Part shown: positions 1 to 11,718 of the stretch, one piece after another
How positions within the stretch are numbered: position 1 is the first letter of the stretch
How the letters are laid out: each line of letters starts with the position of its first letter
Assembly (NCBI RefSeq): GCF_009834535.1
Contig: NC_045696.1
Span: 119,228,001-119,292,000, forward strand
Direction of reading: 5' to 3'
Source of the DNA: Camelus ferus
Lineage: Eukaryota
DNA length: 64,000 nt
Notes under the pieces: generated by a model
Databases searched by the model: none
The model's input: only the letters and a program-made list of their open reading frames with translations
What the model was told of the DNA's origin: nothing
Program-made: the position numbers and the translations under genes

Positions 1-321
1 TTTTAATTTATTTTACCTGCTAGTTCAGGGCGTTGAAAATGCACATAACGTGTTCAAAACGACAGGAAAAGCCGGTCCTCCCAAACCCTTGTGAAGAACC
101 ATATGCCAGCAGCATCGTTTCACAAACAGTTAAGACTAGAAAAAAGCCATCTCGCCGCTGCAGTGGGAACTTGGGGAGGGGCCACTCAGGTGGTCCAGGG
201 CCCAGGCTCTGACACAGTCTGGAATGCCGCCGTCTGTTGTGGTTGTCCACGTCTGTCAGATTACCTGGATTATTTCATCGTAGCTCCGCAGAGCAGGGCC
301 TTCAAAGGTCTGTGCTCTACT

Positions 322-852
322 CTGACATTCACAGCAGCACTATTTACAGTAACCAAGCCATGCAAGCCACCTAAATGTCCACCATCAGAGGACTGGATAA
401 AGAAGCTGTGGTATATTTCTACAATGGAATACTACTCAGCCATAAAAAATGAATTGATACCATTTGCAGCAACATGGATGGACCTAGAGATTATCATACT
501 AAGTTAAGTGAAGTAAGTTAGGAAAAGACAAATATCACATGATACCACTTATATGTGGACTCTTAAAAAAAAGATACAAGTGAACTTATTTACAAAATAG
601 ACTCATAGGCATAGAAAACAAGTTTATGTTTTCAAAGGGGAAAGGGTAGGGGGAGGAATAAATCAGGTGTATGGGATTAATATACACACACCACTAAACA
701 TAAAATAAACAACAAGGAATTACTGTACAGCACAGGGAACTATATTTGCTATCTTGTAATAACCTGTCATGGAAAAGAATCGGAAGCTGTACACCTGACA
801 CTAACACAATATTGTAAACCACCTAGAGTTTAATAAGTAAAATTTTTAAAAA
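322..852 (+). mobile_element. L1 3' fragment (ORF2 C-terminus + 3' UTR)
   Basis: Translation FTAALFTVTKPCKPPKCPPSEDWIKKLWYISTMEYYSAIK...ATWMDLEIIILS is the L1 ORF2 end, followed by a typical 3' UTR. Confidence 0.93.
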
Positions 853-1499
853 CTGGAAAATAGAATTGAAGGGGAGGGATGTTTGTTTAAAATGAGACTT
901 GGAAATTCTGAAAAACAAAGATCTGTGCCTTATCAAAATGTCTCCACCTTCTATCAAGAGTTAAGAATATAAAACAGGGTAAGAAAAATGTCTCTTCATT
1001 TTCTGTAAGACTAAGGAAGAAAATTTGCTGTGTATCTCAGCCAGCGTCATACAGCACTTTCTCTGTTTCTTACTGGCATATTATGCTTCTATCATATTGA
1101 CCAGGAGTCTTTCCTCGTTTCGTGGGAGGACTGTGAAATCCATCGCATTTCTCTTTTCCTTTGTGCTGCCAGGGAGCTCGGAGCTGTACCTTGTCAGCTG
1201 TCCCTTAACCTAAGGCTCTTTGGGGTAATTATCTCCCCACTCTTTTCTTTTAAAACTTTTGATACCTATGTCTTCTTTTTAGAAGCTTTCCAAAGCAATT
1301 TCTAACATTAGGTAGATATCACAGATTCGTGGGTAAAAAATGAATTTTGAGGATGAAAAGGATGACTTTAAGTTTTTCTTTTTAACTTCTGAAATGTGAA
1401 TTGAGCCAGCCATGGGCATGCATATGGGCACAGACATACCCAAGAACATGTATGTGCTTGATGCTTGGACAAGTGTCCACTTGGTCTTGAACTTAAGAG

Positions 1500-1730
1500 A
1501 GAATGAGCTTGGACCCGAGGCAGGCCTGGCTTTGAACCCTGGCTGCCCACAGCTTGCTTTATGACTTTAATGTCTCTGGGTCTCAGTGTCCTCATCTGAG
1601 ATGAAGATACTGATACCATGCAGGGTCATTAAAGGATTTAGCAAAACAGTTTCTATAAAATGCACAGTGCAGGGCTCGGTGCATAGTAGGTCTGCAGCAG
1701 ATGGTAGTTACTACTATTGTTATCATTATG
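1500..1730 (+). mobile_element. MIR-like SINE remnant
   Basis: ctctgggtctcagtgtcctcatctgagatgaagatactgatacc resembles the MIR core. Confidence 0.6.
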
Positions 1731-2895
1731 TCTGGCACAGGCTAGACTTTATAGAAAGGCTGGGCTGTATATTCTTAACTGCTCCAGGTCATTTTCTAGA
1801 ATGGCCCGTGTTGAACTGAAATGACCTTCTGCCTTAAGTTAGGGTGGACTATCCGGGGAGGGCTGCCAAGGCTGGCTTCTCCTTTAGAGAGTAGCTCTGT
1901 GCTAGAATTTTGTACTAATTCTCAATGCCAGGGGCCCATCACTGCGGAAGCCTTAGGATTTTCTGAGGTCATCCACTTGGGGGTTGGTGACTAACACTCA
2001 CACAGCTCTGAGGCCGCCACCTCCTGATTATTATTGGTAAAGGGACTTGAGCATCCTTGCCCAGAAAGTCCCCTGAAACCTATCTCCTAGTTTTGGCCGG
2101 CTCTTGCTTGATTTTATTTGGCTGTTACCTTCCATTTTTCTCTCACTTGTGACTGTTAGCCAGTTGCCTGGGGTGTTTTTTAGGGAGGGGAGAGTTAACG
2201 TGGCACAGTACTCCGTGTGGCCGTTTGGCCCCCATCTGGAGGCTCGCGTGAGCAGGGGCCACCTGTTACCTGGACGGGGTACAGGGAGTGTGGCCGAGCG
2301 ATGCCAATGGGCTGGGCGTGGTTTCTGGACGCCTTCGGCTTCCCTGTAGACTACTGTCATTGGATGTCCCCTCTCGCTGGGATATTCCCGCCAGCTTTTG
2401 CGCAGGGGTGATCCTCCCCACCCCTGCCCTTCTCTGCCAAAACTATTGTTTAAAAGAGGAAGCTCTTTGGGTCATAAAATGTCCCCTGGTGGTTAGTATC
2501 TGGTTATATAGACCTGTTGTGTTAGATGGTAGCCTGATTAGCAGGAAGTAGGTGATTCATCAGAAAAAAAGAAAAAATAAACCCTTACCAAAATGAACTT
2601 CCTCTTTCAGCCTCTTTGTTCCAGCTCATCCTTTTAGAACCTTTTTGTAGCCTCTTAGAAAAAAAATTACTCATCGGGACTAATGCAGTGTTTCAAAGGG
2701 AGGTCATCCCAGCCCTTCACAGCCAAAGGTTTTATTTTTCCGTAGTTTCAGAAAAGCCAGCCCTACGCTGTCTGTTCCCAGTGGGGCCGGGGCTGGGGTG
2801 TGGGTGCTGCCTTGAGGCGTTTCAGGTGTGGCAGGCCTCCCGCCTTTGTTAGGACGTCCCCTTCACCCGGTCCTTCCATTCTGTTTGCCCCACAG

Positions 2896-3226
2896 GTCCA
2901 GGAGGCTGCGAGTCGGGGCCTGAAATTCGTGGGGGTCATACCTCAGCACCGCGGCCCGGGGACCTCAGCAGGCAGCGGCCCCCAGACGGACGCCAAGGAT
3001 GCGACAAAGGAGCCTGGCAGGTGTGGGGATGAGGAGAGCCTGGGGGCTGCGGACGGGAGCCCAGAGCCTGGCCAGGGCCCGGGAGAGGAGACACCCGCCG
3101 CCCAGCAGCCCCGCTCAGCTTCAGGAGAGGGTGACGGCGCGGAATCTCCACTGCGCGGGGTGAGCGAGACCCCAGATGGACCGGATGGTGACCCGTCAGA
3201 AGCGCACGGAGAACCACTCTCAGGAA
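2896..3226 (+). CDS. RFTN1: Raftlin internal coding exon (probably exon 5), VQEAASRGLKFVGVIPQ...EAHGEPLSG
   Basis: Acceptor ttgccccacag|GTC and donor A|gtaagt at 3227. 331 nt, phase 0 to 1. Peptide resembles raftlin (QEAASxGLKFVGVIPQ ... SGEGDG ... EPLSG). Confidence 0.95.
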
Positions 3227-3858
3227 GTAAGTATGTCCTCGTGAGGACTCTGACCCACTTACAGAGGCTGCTAGCTTTTCAGGAATCCCCCTGGCATCTT
3301 AGGAAAAAGGAGTGGAATTATCTAGAGACGGCAGTCCATCAGACAGGAGAAACTGTCAAGCAGTGTCCCGGACCTCCTGACTGTTGCCTTCCTGAAGCTG
3401 TGACTTCCGGGGAGCAGGACCACGTGACACTGACCTGCAGCCGCTCCAAAGTGTCACGTGTGAAGTGGATTCTAGGCGGAGAGGTGTTTTACCCCCTGTC
3501 CTTGCGCTGCCCCAGAATTACCCTGCTCTAACACAGGAAGTCTCAACACGCTGGCCACCGGTGCAGAAAGTACTCTCCGCTTCAGGGCCGCTTGTTTTGA
3601 TTATCTGCCTCAGGAAGGAAACCAAGACAGTCAGCTGAGGACAAGCTGTGCAGGAAGCTGGTGGTGCAGCTCACTCAGCTGTAAACCACCAGATTTCAGG
3701 GAGTTGATATAGCTGGCGGATGAGCACTGTGGAGGGGACACAGCCAAGGAGCCGCCACCAACAGGTGGACCCTCTTAATCACATGGTCGCACCGGCCATT
3801 GGAGCCTGTGCTGCAGGTTGGGGATGAGAAGTCAACACAACGAGGATGCTAGCTGATG

Positions 3859-3970
3859 TTTATTTTTTCTTTTATTTAAAAAATTTTTTTTAATGGAGGC
3901 ACTGGGCGTTGAACCCAGGACCTTGTGCACGCTAAGCACGCGCCCCACCACTGAGCTGTCACCCTCCCCC
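3859..3970 (-). mobile_element. Camelid tRNA-derived SINE (Vic-1-like), short-tail form
   Basis: Reverse complement of ggggagggt..agctcagtggt..cttagc..ggtcctgggttcaa..cctccattaaaa, with Pol III A/B boxes. Confidence 0.9.
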
Positions 3971-6900
3971 TCTGCCAGCGGTTATTCCTGCTTGCCCTGA
4001 ACCAGGCCCCGTGCCGGGAAGCGTTTTGCACGGTGGTCCCTGCCTCCTGCCTGTGATGCGGGTGAGCTCTTGTATCATCGCAGGAGGCCCCTTTCTCCGT
4101 AGGCCTTTCTGGGTCATCTCCCTGGTTAATGTTATGATTTATTGACTAATTCTTGAAGTCAGCCTCTTATAAATGCCGAGGGACCATTGATGCCTGGGGA
4201 ACAGAAAATAGGGCGAAGTAGTTTCTCTTGTGATGTCAGTTCTTCCTGAAAAGAAAGCTGTGGGGCGGTTAGTTCTGGGGCTGGTTGGCAGGTTGACCCT
4301 GGCGGGGAGATCGGAGCAGCCTCAGTTCTGGGAGAGACTTAGGTCCGCTTCATCGAGGCCTTGATCCTTCTTAAGTATGTGTGACGTGGATGGCCGTGCG
4401 GGACTCTTCACACGGTGAGGGGTGGACTCGGCTCCCGTAGAGTAGCTGAGAGCACACTGGGACCCTGTGGGCGCCTCCCAAGGAGCGTCCCGGTCTTATT
4501 TCAGAGCCTCCGTCTCACACTGCCGTTGGGCTGAATCCTGAGAAGCAGGACGGGCCTCCTTGGAGCCCGGCTCTCCCATCCAGGGTTGTGGGAGGGTCGG
4601 GGTCGGGGCAGGAGTCATGGAGAGGCAGGTGCGCGAGAAAGTCACCTTGCACGCGCTCATAGAGTTAGACTGTATCTCGTAGTTGGAGCACTCAGCTTCC
4701 TTGAAGGCTGGATGTCCGCGGCCCTGTCCTCGTGGGTCATGGCCCCCACCTGACCCCTGCTTCGCCCCTTGTTTTTCCGGGGGAGCCCTGCCTTGGCCTC
4801 CCCGGGAAGTCCACGCACTGCCCCCTCCCCGCCCCCACCGGCCGCCCCTCCCCGCTCCTTGCCACGTTCAGCTCTCTTTCTCTCCGGGCCCCCTAAGGAG
4901 GGCGAGGTGCTTTTACTCCTCGTTCTGCCAGGTGGGCTTAAATAGGCAATCACAGCAAGGCAATTAAAAAAACCCAGAGGGAGTCTGCCTCCTCCCCTCC
5001 GCCTCCCTCTTTCATTTCTTTCCTCTGTAGGAGCCTGGGGGAGCCGGGCGCCACTGCTCAGACAGGACTGTCGCAGCTCAGTCCCCATCCCCCAATGGGA
5101 AACAGGGTGCCCCTCCATCCCCCGCCCCCCGCGGGCCTCAAGAACTGCTCTGGCCCCGGAGTTCTGCTCCCCGTGGGAGTTTCTTCTCCCTCACAGACTT
5201 TTATCTCTGCATCCTGGGGAATGGCCTTGGTTTGATGTTGCGCTGTACACACATCACCTGAGCTGGGGTGGGATGGCCCTGCTCCAAGATGCTCCCTTCT
5301 CAGACCTCACACTTGCCCCCCTGGTTCCGGGGGAGACCCAGAATACAGCCCCCCTGCTGGGTTCCCCACAGTCTTCTGCGATGGGGAGAAGCTTCCGTCA
5401 TTCACCATAAACAGGCCAGGGGGGAGGCCGGCGCTCAGAAAGGTTAGGGAGGTGTCGCTGGCCGTCCCCTGGTGTTTCTCTCCTGCCTCCCACGTCCCCA
5501 GCTTGTCTTCTGCTGCAGCTGCAGTCGGAGGAGCAAGGAGGCCACGCAGGTTAGCGCAGATTAGACCTGTTCTCACGGTCACCGAAATAACAATCAAAGC
5601 CTTCCGAGCTCTGCCTTCCCACCTGCGCCTCCTCACTCCAGTTGCCTGGAGGTGCAGCCAGAAACCCGAGCCAGGGACCTCAGTGTCCTCCTTGGGAGGG
5701 GTTCTCTCCAGTAGGTCCCCTGGGCAGGCACTCATGCTGGGGGATGCCTCCCGAGCCTGCCTTTTCTGATGGCGTGCCCCGTCCCTCGCTGGGCCTGTCC
5801 ACTCTTCCTGGGGCCCCTGGAATATTTCCACCCTGTGGTTCTGTCCCCTCCCCCACCCCCCCATCTGCCACCTGCCACCATCTCTCTGGCTTTTTACTCC
5901 GTCCATTAACAAACAGCTGTTGAACTCCCACCCACGGTCGTCGGCGCCCGCTTTCTGTGTGCCGATGAGATTAGCCTCTTGTTAGAGTTGGGAGGCAGCC
6001 AGGGTTGGGGGTTTGAAAGACTCTTTGCCTCTTACCAGCTTGTGATTCCCGGGGATCCACTCAAGGCTTTTGGGCACAGAAGGGATGCAGTGGGGGCTGG
6101 AGGGTCACATGAAATGGTAGCTGTGGAGGCCCTTGACAATGCATCCATGTGCCTGGGGCCGCTGACATCCTGACCAGGGGACTCTGTGGATGGCTATGCG
6201 TGCAGTGGGTTCCATGCTTTGCCAGGCAAGCAGGCCACCCCCAAGCATAGAGATGCCACACTGTTAGCACCCAAGCCTGAAGCAGCCTCCTCCCAGATTC
6301 AGAAATCTGCCCTCTTGTCCCCCGACGGCGCCCACAGCCCTGCCTTCCCAGTGCACACCTTTCGTCTTCACTCCCCTGCCCACCTCAGCAGACCTGAGCC
6401 CCCAGGCCAACTCTGACACCCGCTTGTTCCTGCCAACCCAGCTAACTCGCCAGCTGCCTTCTCCTCCACCCTCGGAGCCCCATGCTTCTGGCCAGACTCT
6501 GAGCACTTTCTTTCCTGCAGCGTGGGAGTCTCCTGGGATGCCAGGCCCCAAGCAGCCCACCTCCTTCCTGCAAGTGGTAGGCTCTCTGGAAGCCTGCAGA
6601 CTTCTGTCCCGTGCCTGAGGCCCTCCTGCCTGGTACCAGCCTTAGAACTGGACATCTGCCTGCTTCCTCCTTGATCTGAGGAATTTACCAGCAAGGCCTG
6701 AACGGAACAGGCTGTCAGGCCAGGCAGCGCCTGGCTGGCCCCAGCCCCGCCCCCTCCTCCCTAACTTCTCGCCCTTGTCTGGCTGAGGTCCATCCATCAA
6801 ACATCTGTGTGGCACCTGCCATGTTTTCTGAACGCACACCTTTTCTAAACACAAGGGATCAAGACAAGCTCCCCCTACCCCCGAGTCAGGGGGCGAAGAG

Positions 6901-7174
6901 CGAGACACCAGACAGAAGCAGAACTACAAGACAGGACTGTCTCGGAGCTCCCTGGGTGCTGGCCTGGGCAGCTTTTCAGCCCTTCTCAGAGCATTCTCAG
7001 AACAATGCGTCCCCTCCTTTGGGACATTCTGTCCCATGTCTGGAAAAATCTTCTAGCTGGGGTCAGGACAGAGTCCCAGAGCAACTGAGAAAAGGTAAAC
7101 AAACTTGGACTTCATTTTGGAATCCCTGGTGTCTGCTCATGTGAGGACGTGTGTTGGAGGATCAGACTTCTGGT

Positions 7175-7270
7175 GGGGGAGGGTGTAGCTCAGTGGTAGA
7201 GTGTGTGCTTAGCATGCACAAGGTCCTGGGTTCAATCCCCAGCACCTCCATTAAAAAAAATTAAAAGAAT
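7175..7270 (+). mobile_element. Camelid tRNA-derived SINE, short-tail form
   Basis: gggggagggtgtagctcagtggtagagtgtgtgcttagcatgcacaaggtcctgggttcaatccccagcacctccattaaaa. Confidence 0.93.
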
Positions 7271-7839
7271 ATTAAGACATCAAAAGGCATCATTTGGGGA
7301 CAGTTTCTCTTGGCTGGTTTCCATGTGAGTAGAGAGGACCGTGGCCAAGGAGCCCGCAGGGCAGAGGAGTTTCCAGAAGGGTTCTGCATCTGAAATCAGG
7401 TTTCTTCCAATGTTTCATTGCTGCTCAGGCTTTGGTGGCTTTGGATTCTAACAGCCTTTCCTTTTCCTTCCTGAAAAGTTTATTTCTGTCCTTGGCTTCG
7501 GTCCTTCTCCCCTGGGAGGATCCAGACGGGAAAACTGGGGGCCTCTGTCAGTACCCCGCCATCCACCTCCTCTGCGTTGAGGCTCCGAATTCCCTGCCCC
7601 GCCCCGGCACTCTCCTCCTCCCCACGTTCCCTCTTTCTGTCTCATTATGCTTGTGGGAAAGTTGTGGTTTCCCCTGGCCCTGTAGCTGGGGGGGTGCTTC
7701 TGTGTGACCAAGTGTTGTCATGTAGTCTTGGACTTCGGCCACTTCTCAGTTCCCCACTCATCATGTGTTTGTGCTTGACTGTGGCAGACTATGGTGACCA
7801 GTGCTGTGGCCCACCTTGAGATCACCTGAGGACAGCTTT

Positions 7840-7991
7840 TTTGGGGTGGGGAGTGGTAATTAGATTGGCTTGTTTGATTGATTGATTGATTGATTATTTG
7901 TTTGTTTATTTATTTAATGGAGGTACCGGGGAGTGAACCCAGGGCCTCGTGCATGCTAAGCATGTGCTCTACCACTGAGCTGTGCCCTCCC
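7840..7991 (-). mobile_element. Camelid tRNA-derived SINE, long-tail form
   Basis: SINE body plus microsatellite tail. TSD GAGGACAGCTTT at 7828-7839 and 7998-8009. Confidence 0.93.
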
Positions 7992-10138
7992 GACTAAGAG
8001 GACAGCTTTCTTAATCTCTGCCTGCAGATGTCTCTGGAATGGGGCAGATGCCCCAGGGAATTAATGCCTCCAGAGTGGCCCTCAGCCCCTGAGGACAGAT
8101 GCCAGCTTCCTTTAACCCTCTTAGGGTGACCTGGGGTGTGTGTGCACAGTGTCTCGGGTGCCCAGCTGCCCTGGAAGGAACCTGCTCATCAGCGCAGCCT
8201 GCCTTGGCGTTCATCTCTGCCCTGTTTCTCCTCCCAGCTCCCTCGCTCTGTCTCCTGGGATCACTTCCCCAGCGAACTACTTGCACCCAGAAGCATACAG
8301 GGTCTGCTTTTGAAGAAATCCAGATGAAGTCAAGGACTCACTGGTGGCTTAGCCTCTGGCCTTTAGCAGCTGCAGCTCTTATTTGAGCCCCTGACACCTT
8401 GGACTGGAACATGCCCCCATCACTTCCTGACCCGTCCCTCAGCTCTGATCCATTGCTCCGTTCCCATCTGTTACAAGCCTTTCCCTACATGACCCCATTC
8501 CCCAAATGTGTATGTGAAAGTCGCGAAGGTCTAGGGATGGCTCACTCCGTATACCTAGCCCTGATTGCCCATGTGAAAGCACTTACTGGCTGGGATTTTC
8601 AGTGGCTTCCTGAGTCAGGTAAATGGACCAAGAAAGGTAGTTTGGGGTGGGGAGGATGAACGGGCCAGCGTTGGTTGTTGAGAATCCAGGTGGCCGTCAG
8701 TGAAGATGGGGACCCCTCCTTCCTAACTGGTTCTATGCAGTGGATGGCGAGAAATGCCTCCTTCCCCCCCCCCCCCATCCCCACGGCTGCTGACGGCAGA
8801 GCCTGTGGCCCAGCAGTGCTCCCCGGAGATCTCTGCTGGTGCTTGCTCAAATGGGGCTGTGAAAAGACTTCCTTTGTCCCAGAATACAGTCACCGTGTGG
8901 GATAATTTGAGATGCACGGGTGCACGTGTTTGTGTGAATTTGCCTCCTCCCCTCCTGTTTGTGGCAGACAGGTAGTGGCTTTCCTTACAGTGGTGAAGCT
9001 AGAGTTTCCTTTTTAGTGCCCTTATGTAGATAAAGGGAAGTGTGTCCATTGAAAAAAAGTAACGCATTCGGATACTGCAAAAGTTGTGAAACACTGAAAC
9101 AGAGGTGTCTTAGCATGCGGATCTAGGCGAGGTGTCTCCTGCGGGGAGCGTGCTTGTCCTTTGTCCTTCTTGCTAAGGTCAACCATTGTTCATGACCTTT
9201 CAGATACTTCTTTGGAAAAAGGGTGGGGATTTTCTTCTTACCCAAACATATTTTTGGAAACCCAAGCATATTCCTGAGTAGCCTGTGTAAGCATAAGCAA
9301 AGCTCTTTAAGCTGGGAGAACTCTGATGACTTGACTAAATGAGAAACACAAAAATAGACCTTCAGACTTAGATGGAAATTCCAGGTATTTGCTTCTGGAG
9401 GCTGATGCTGGCCACTCACGACCAGCAGCACATAGAGCAGGCAGGCAGGCATAGGACCGCTGCTGGGCAAGAGTGAGTATTGATTTTTGAAGAACCGAGC
9501 TATAAATGAAGGAGCGGGAAGCAGGGCCTGACTCCCAGTGCCTGCTTGGCTGTCGGAGCGACCCACCGCTCCGGGCAGGAACCCTCGTTTACTGGAACGT
9601 ATTTATTTTTACATATCAATGATGTATTTTTGATGTACTTGATTAAGTATTATGGGTTTGGCCCCAGGAAACACCACTGCAATTTATAAATAGTGAGTTC
9701 AGGGGTGTGCACGGTTCCTGGAATCACAGCTGTGTTTTTGTGTCTGTGTGACTTTGTGCATTTGTTTTTTCTTTAACACCAAAATATGCCCACTTTTTCT
9801 TCCACAACACACATTGGTGTGGATTTCTAGAAATATCTACGATGTCCTTCTCGCAGACACCCAACCTTGCAAATTAATCCCGGCTGAGAGCTGTTGGTTA
9901 TATGCCAGATTCAAACCTGAATCCTCTTAGGACTCCACACTTGAAGTCCCTGTCACTTTCAGGGCACCTTACTGCTTGGAATCGGGTTTTATTTTTAGGC
10001 AACAGTGCAACTTAATAAATATTTTGCCTTTGGTATCATTTCCCGAGGCTCCTGAGAGGTTCTGTGGGGCCCGATGAGGCAGCTTCTCACCATTTGATCT
10101 CTTCTCTCCCTACCCCACTCTTTACAAATCCCTGACAG

Positions 10139-10342
10139 GAATGGAGATCTTCGCCCTTTTCAACAAACCGAAGAGTGGCCAGCAGTGCCGGCAGTACTAT
10201 CCCGTCACCATTCCTCTCCGGGTCTCCAGGAACGGCCAGACGGTCAGTGGTCTGGATGCCAACTGGCTGGAGCACATGAGTGACCACTTCCGGAAAGGAG
10301 GCGTGCTGGTGAACGCGGTCTTCCAGCTCGGCCTGGTCAACG
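10139..10342 (+). CDS. RFTN1: Raftlin coding exon (probably exon 6), (R)MEIFALFNKPK...FQLGLVN
   Basis: Acceptor cctgacag|GA and donor G|gtacgg. 204 nt, phase 1 to 1. QYYPVTIPL and LDANWLEHMSDHFRKGG are raftlin-family sequence. Confidence 0.97.
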
Positions 10343-11511
10343 GTACGGGAGGCGCAGCCCACCCCACCCCACCCCCAACCCCCTGGGCAGCCCTGAGGAG
10401 CTCTGCCCCCCACTCTGGTCACCTCAGCCCCACTTCAAAGCCCGCCCTGCTCAGAAAGCTCTGCAGTCGATGAACGCGCTGCATCTGACTTGTAATTAAC
10501 ACAGCCCAAGGAATCTCCCAGAAAGCCCACCACCTGTGCTCTGCAGACCCCTCTTGGCGTCGGCCAGGTATATGCTAAAATGACAGAGGCAGGAGTGATT
10601 CTGTTTCATTGGTGGTGACCTCAATCTGTGTTGCTTTTAACGCCTTTTAAAAAGATTGTTCCCGGGGTTTGTTAATTACCCCCTAGGCTCCTTCCACTCC
10701 AAAAGTGTGAATTGTTTCTAGACAGGATTACATGTGAATGAGCAGGAGCGGCACCTTGGAATTGACAGCGAAGTGAATTGAACAGCCTGGCTTCCATCAG
10801 CTCCGTGGGGACACACGCTGCGCCCCTGGGTCTCATGGCCCCCATACCTCTCCCCCGGAATGGGTTCTCTCTGCGGGTTTGCTGTGTGGATGGCACTATT
10901 GGTGCCAGCTTTTCTAAGGCAGAGAGAGTTTGTCCCGAGTGGGGAGATGTGTTGAGCCGCAAGAGGGTTTTCGGGTTAACATGAAGGCAAGTCGGGTCAC
11001 CAGGGAGGCGTCAGAGCTGGGAGACAGTCTGGGGAGTGGGGCCCACATGCCAGCGTGTGTGACTCCTGCGGGCTGCCAGTCAGCAGGATTCCTAAGTCAG
11101 TGGAACTGAAGTCAACACCAAACTCGTTGATCCTGGGGAGACCTGGCAGGGGCACCGCCAGCACTGCGTCTTGGCTATTGAGCAGCTTCCTCTCTGAAAA
11201 TTAGCAGAGTCAGGAACAGAGTTTGGATTCTGTTTTGTATGCCATCCTTGACGTGCTGGCAGATATCCTTAGAAGAGACACAGGTCTAAATTCTGAACGT
11301 ACAAACACGAAATCATCCCAAACCGTAGAACGTTGTACAGCACAAACACGTCTTGTGCAGTGCACGTCCCTTGTCACACTCTGCATATCGGTGTCGACTG
11401 TCAGCGTGTTTGTAGAGTAACAGCAGGCATTGAGTAGTGGGCCACGACGAGACCGACTGCGGGACGGATGAGTGACCCAGGAAAGGTGGTGGGCTCGTTA
11501 ATACACCTCGA

Positions 11512-11718
11512 GCAGCGCGATCCAGTAGAACTCGCCATCACCATGAGAATGTTCTGTATCTGTGCCATCCAGTATGGTAGCTGCCAGCCACCAGTGGCTG
11601 CTGGCCATTGGAGATGTGGCTAGTCCAATGGGGGAGCTTAATTTCTAATTTATTTAACGTTCATTTAAATTTCAGTAGCCACGGGAGATGAATGGCGCGT
11701 GTATGGGACAGTGCAGTT
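11512..11718. mobile_element. MER3-like hAT DNA transposon remnant
   Basis: tccagtagaact...gttctgtatctgtgccatccagtatggtagc...gtggctagt...atttaaatttcagtagccac...ggacagtgcag. Confidence 0.7.

Noticed and set aside
3227..3531. Frame stays open ~100 codons past the exon donor (243-aa ORF)
   Set aside because: Strong GTAAGT donor and correct phase with the next exon. The read-through has no recognisable similarity and I see no nearby poly(A) signal.
7175..7250. tRNA-like sequences (tRNA-Ala-like A and B boxes) at many positions
   Set aside because: They have A-rich tails, TSDs and diverged stems, so they are SINE copies rather than tRNA genes.
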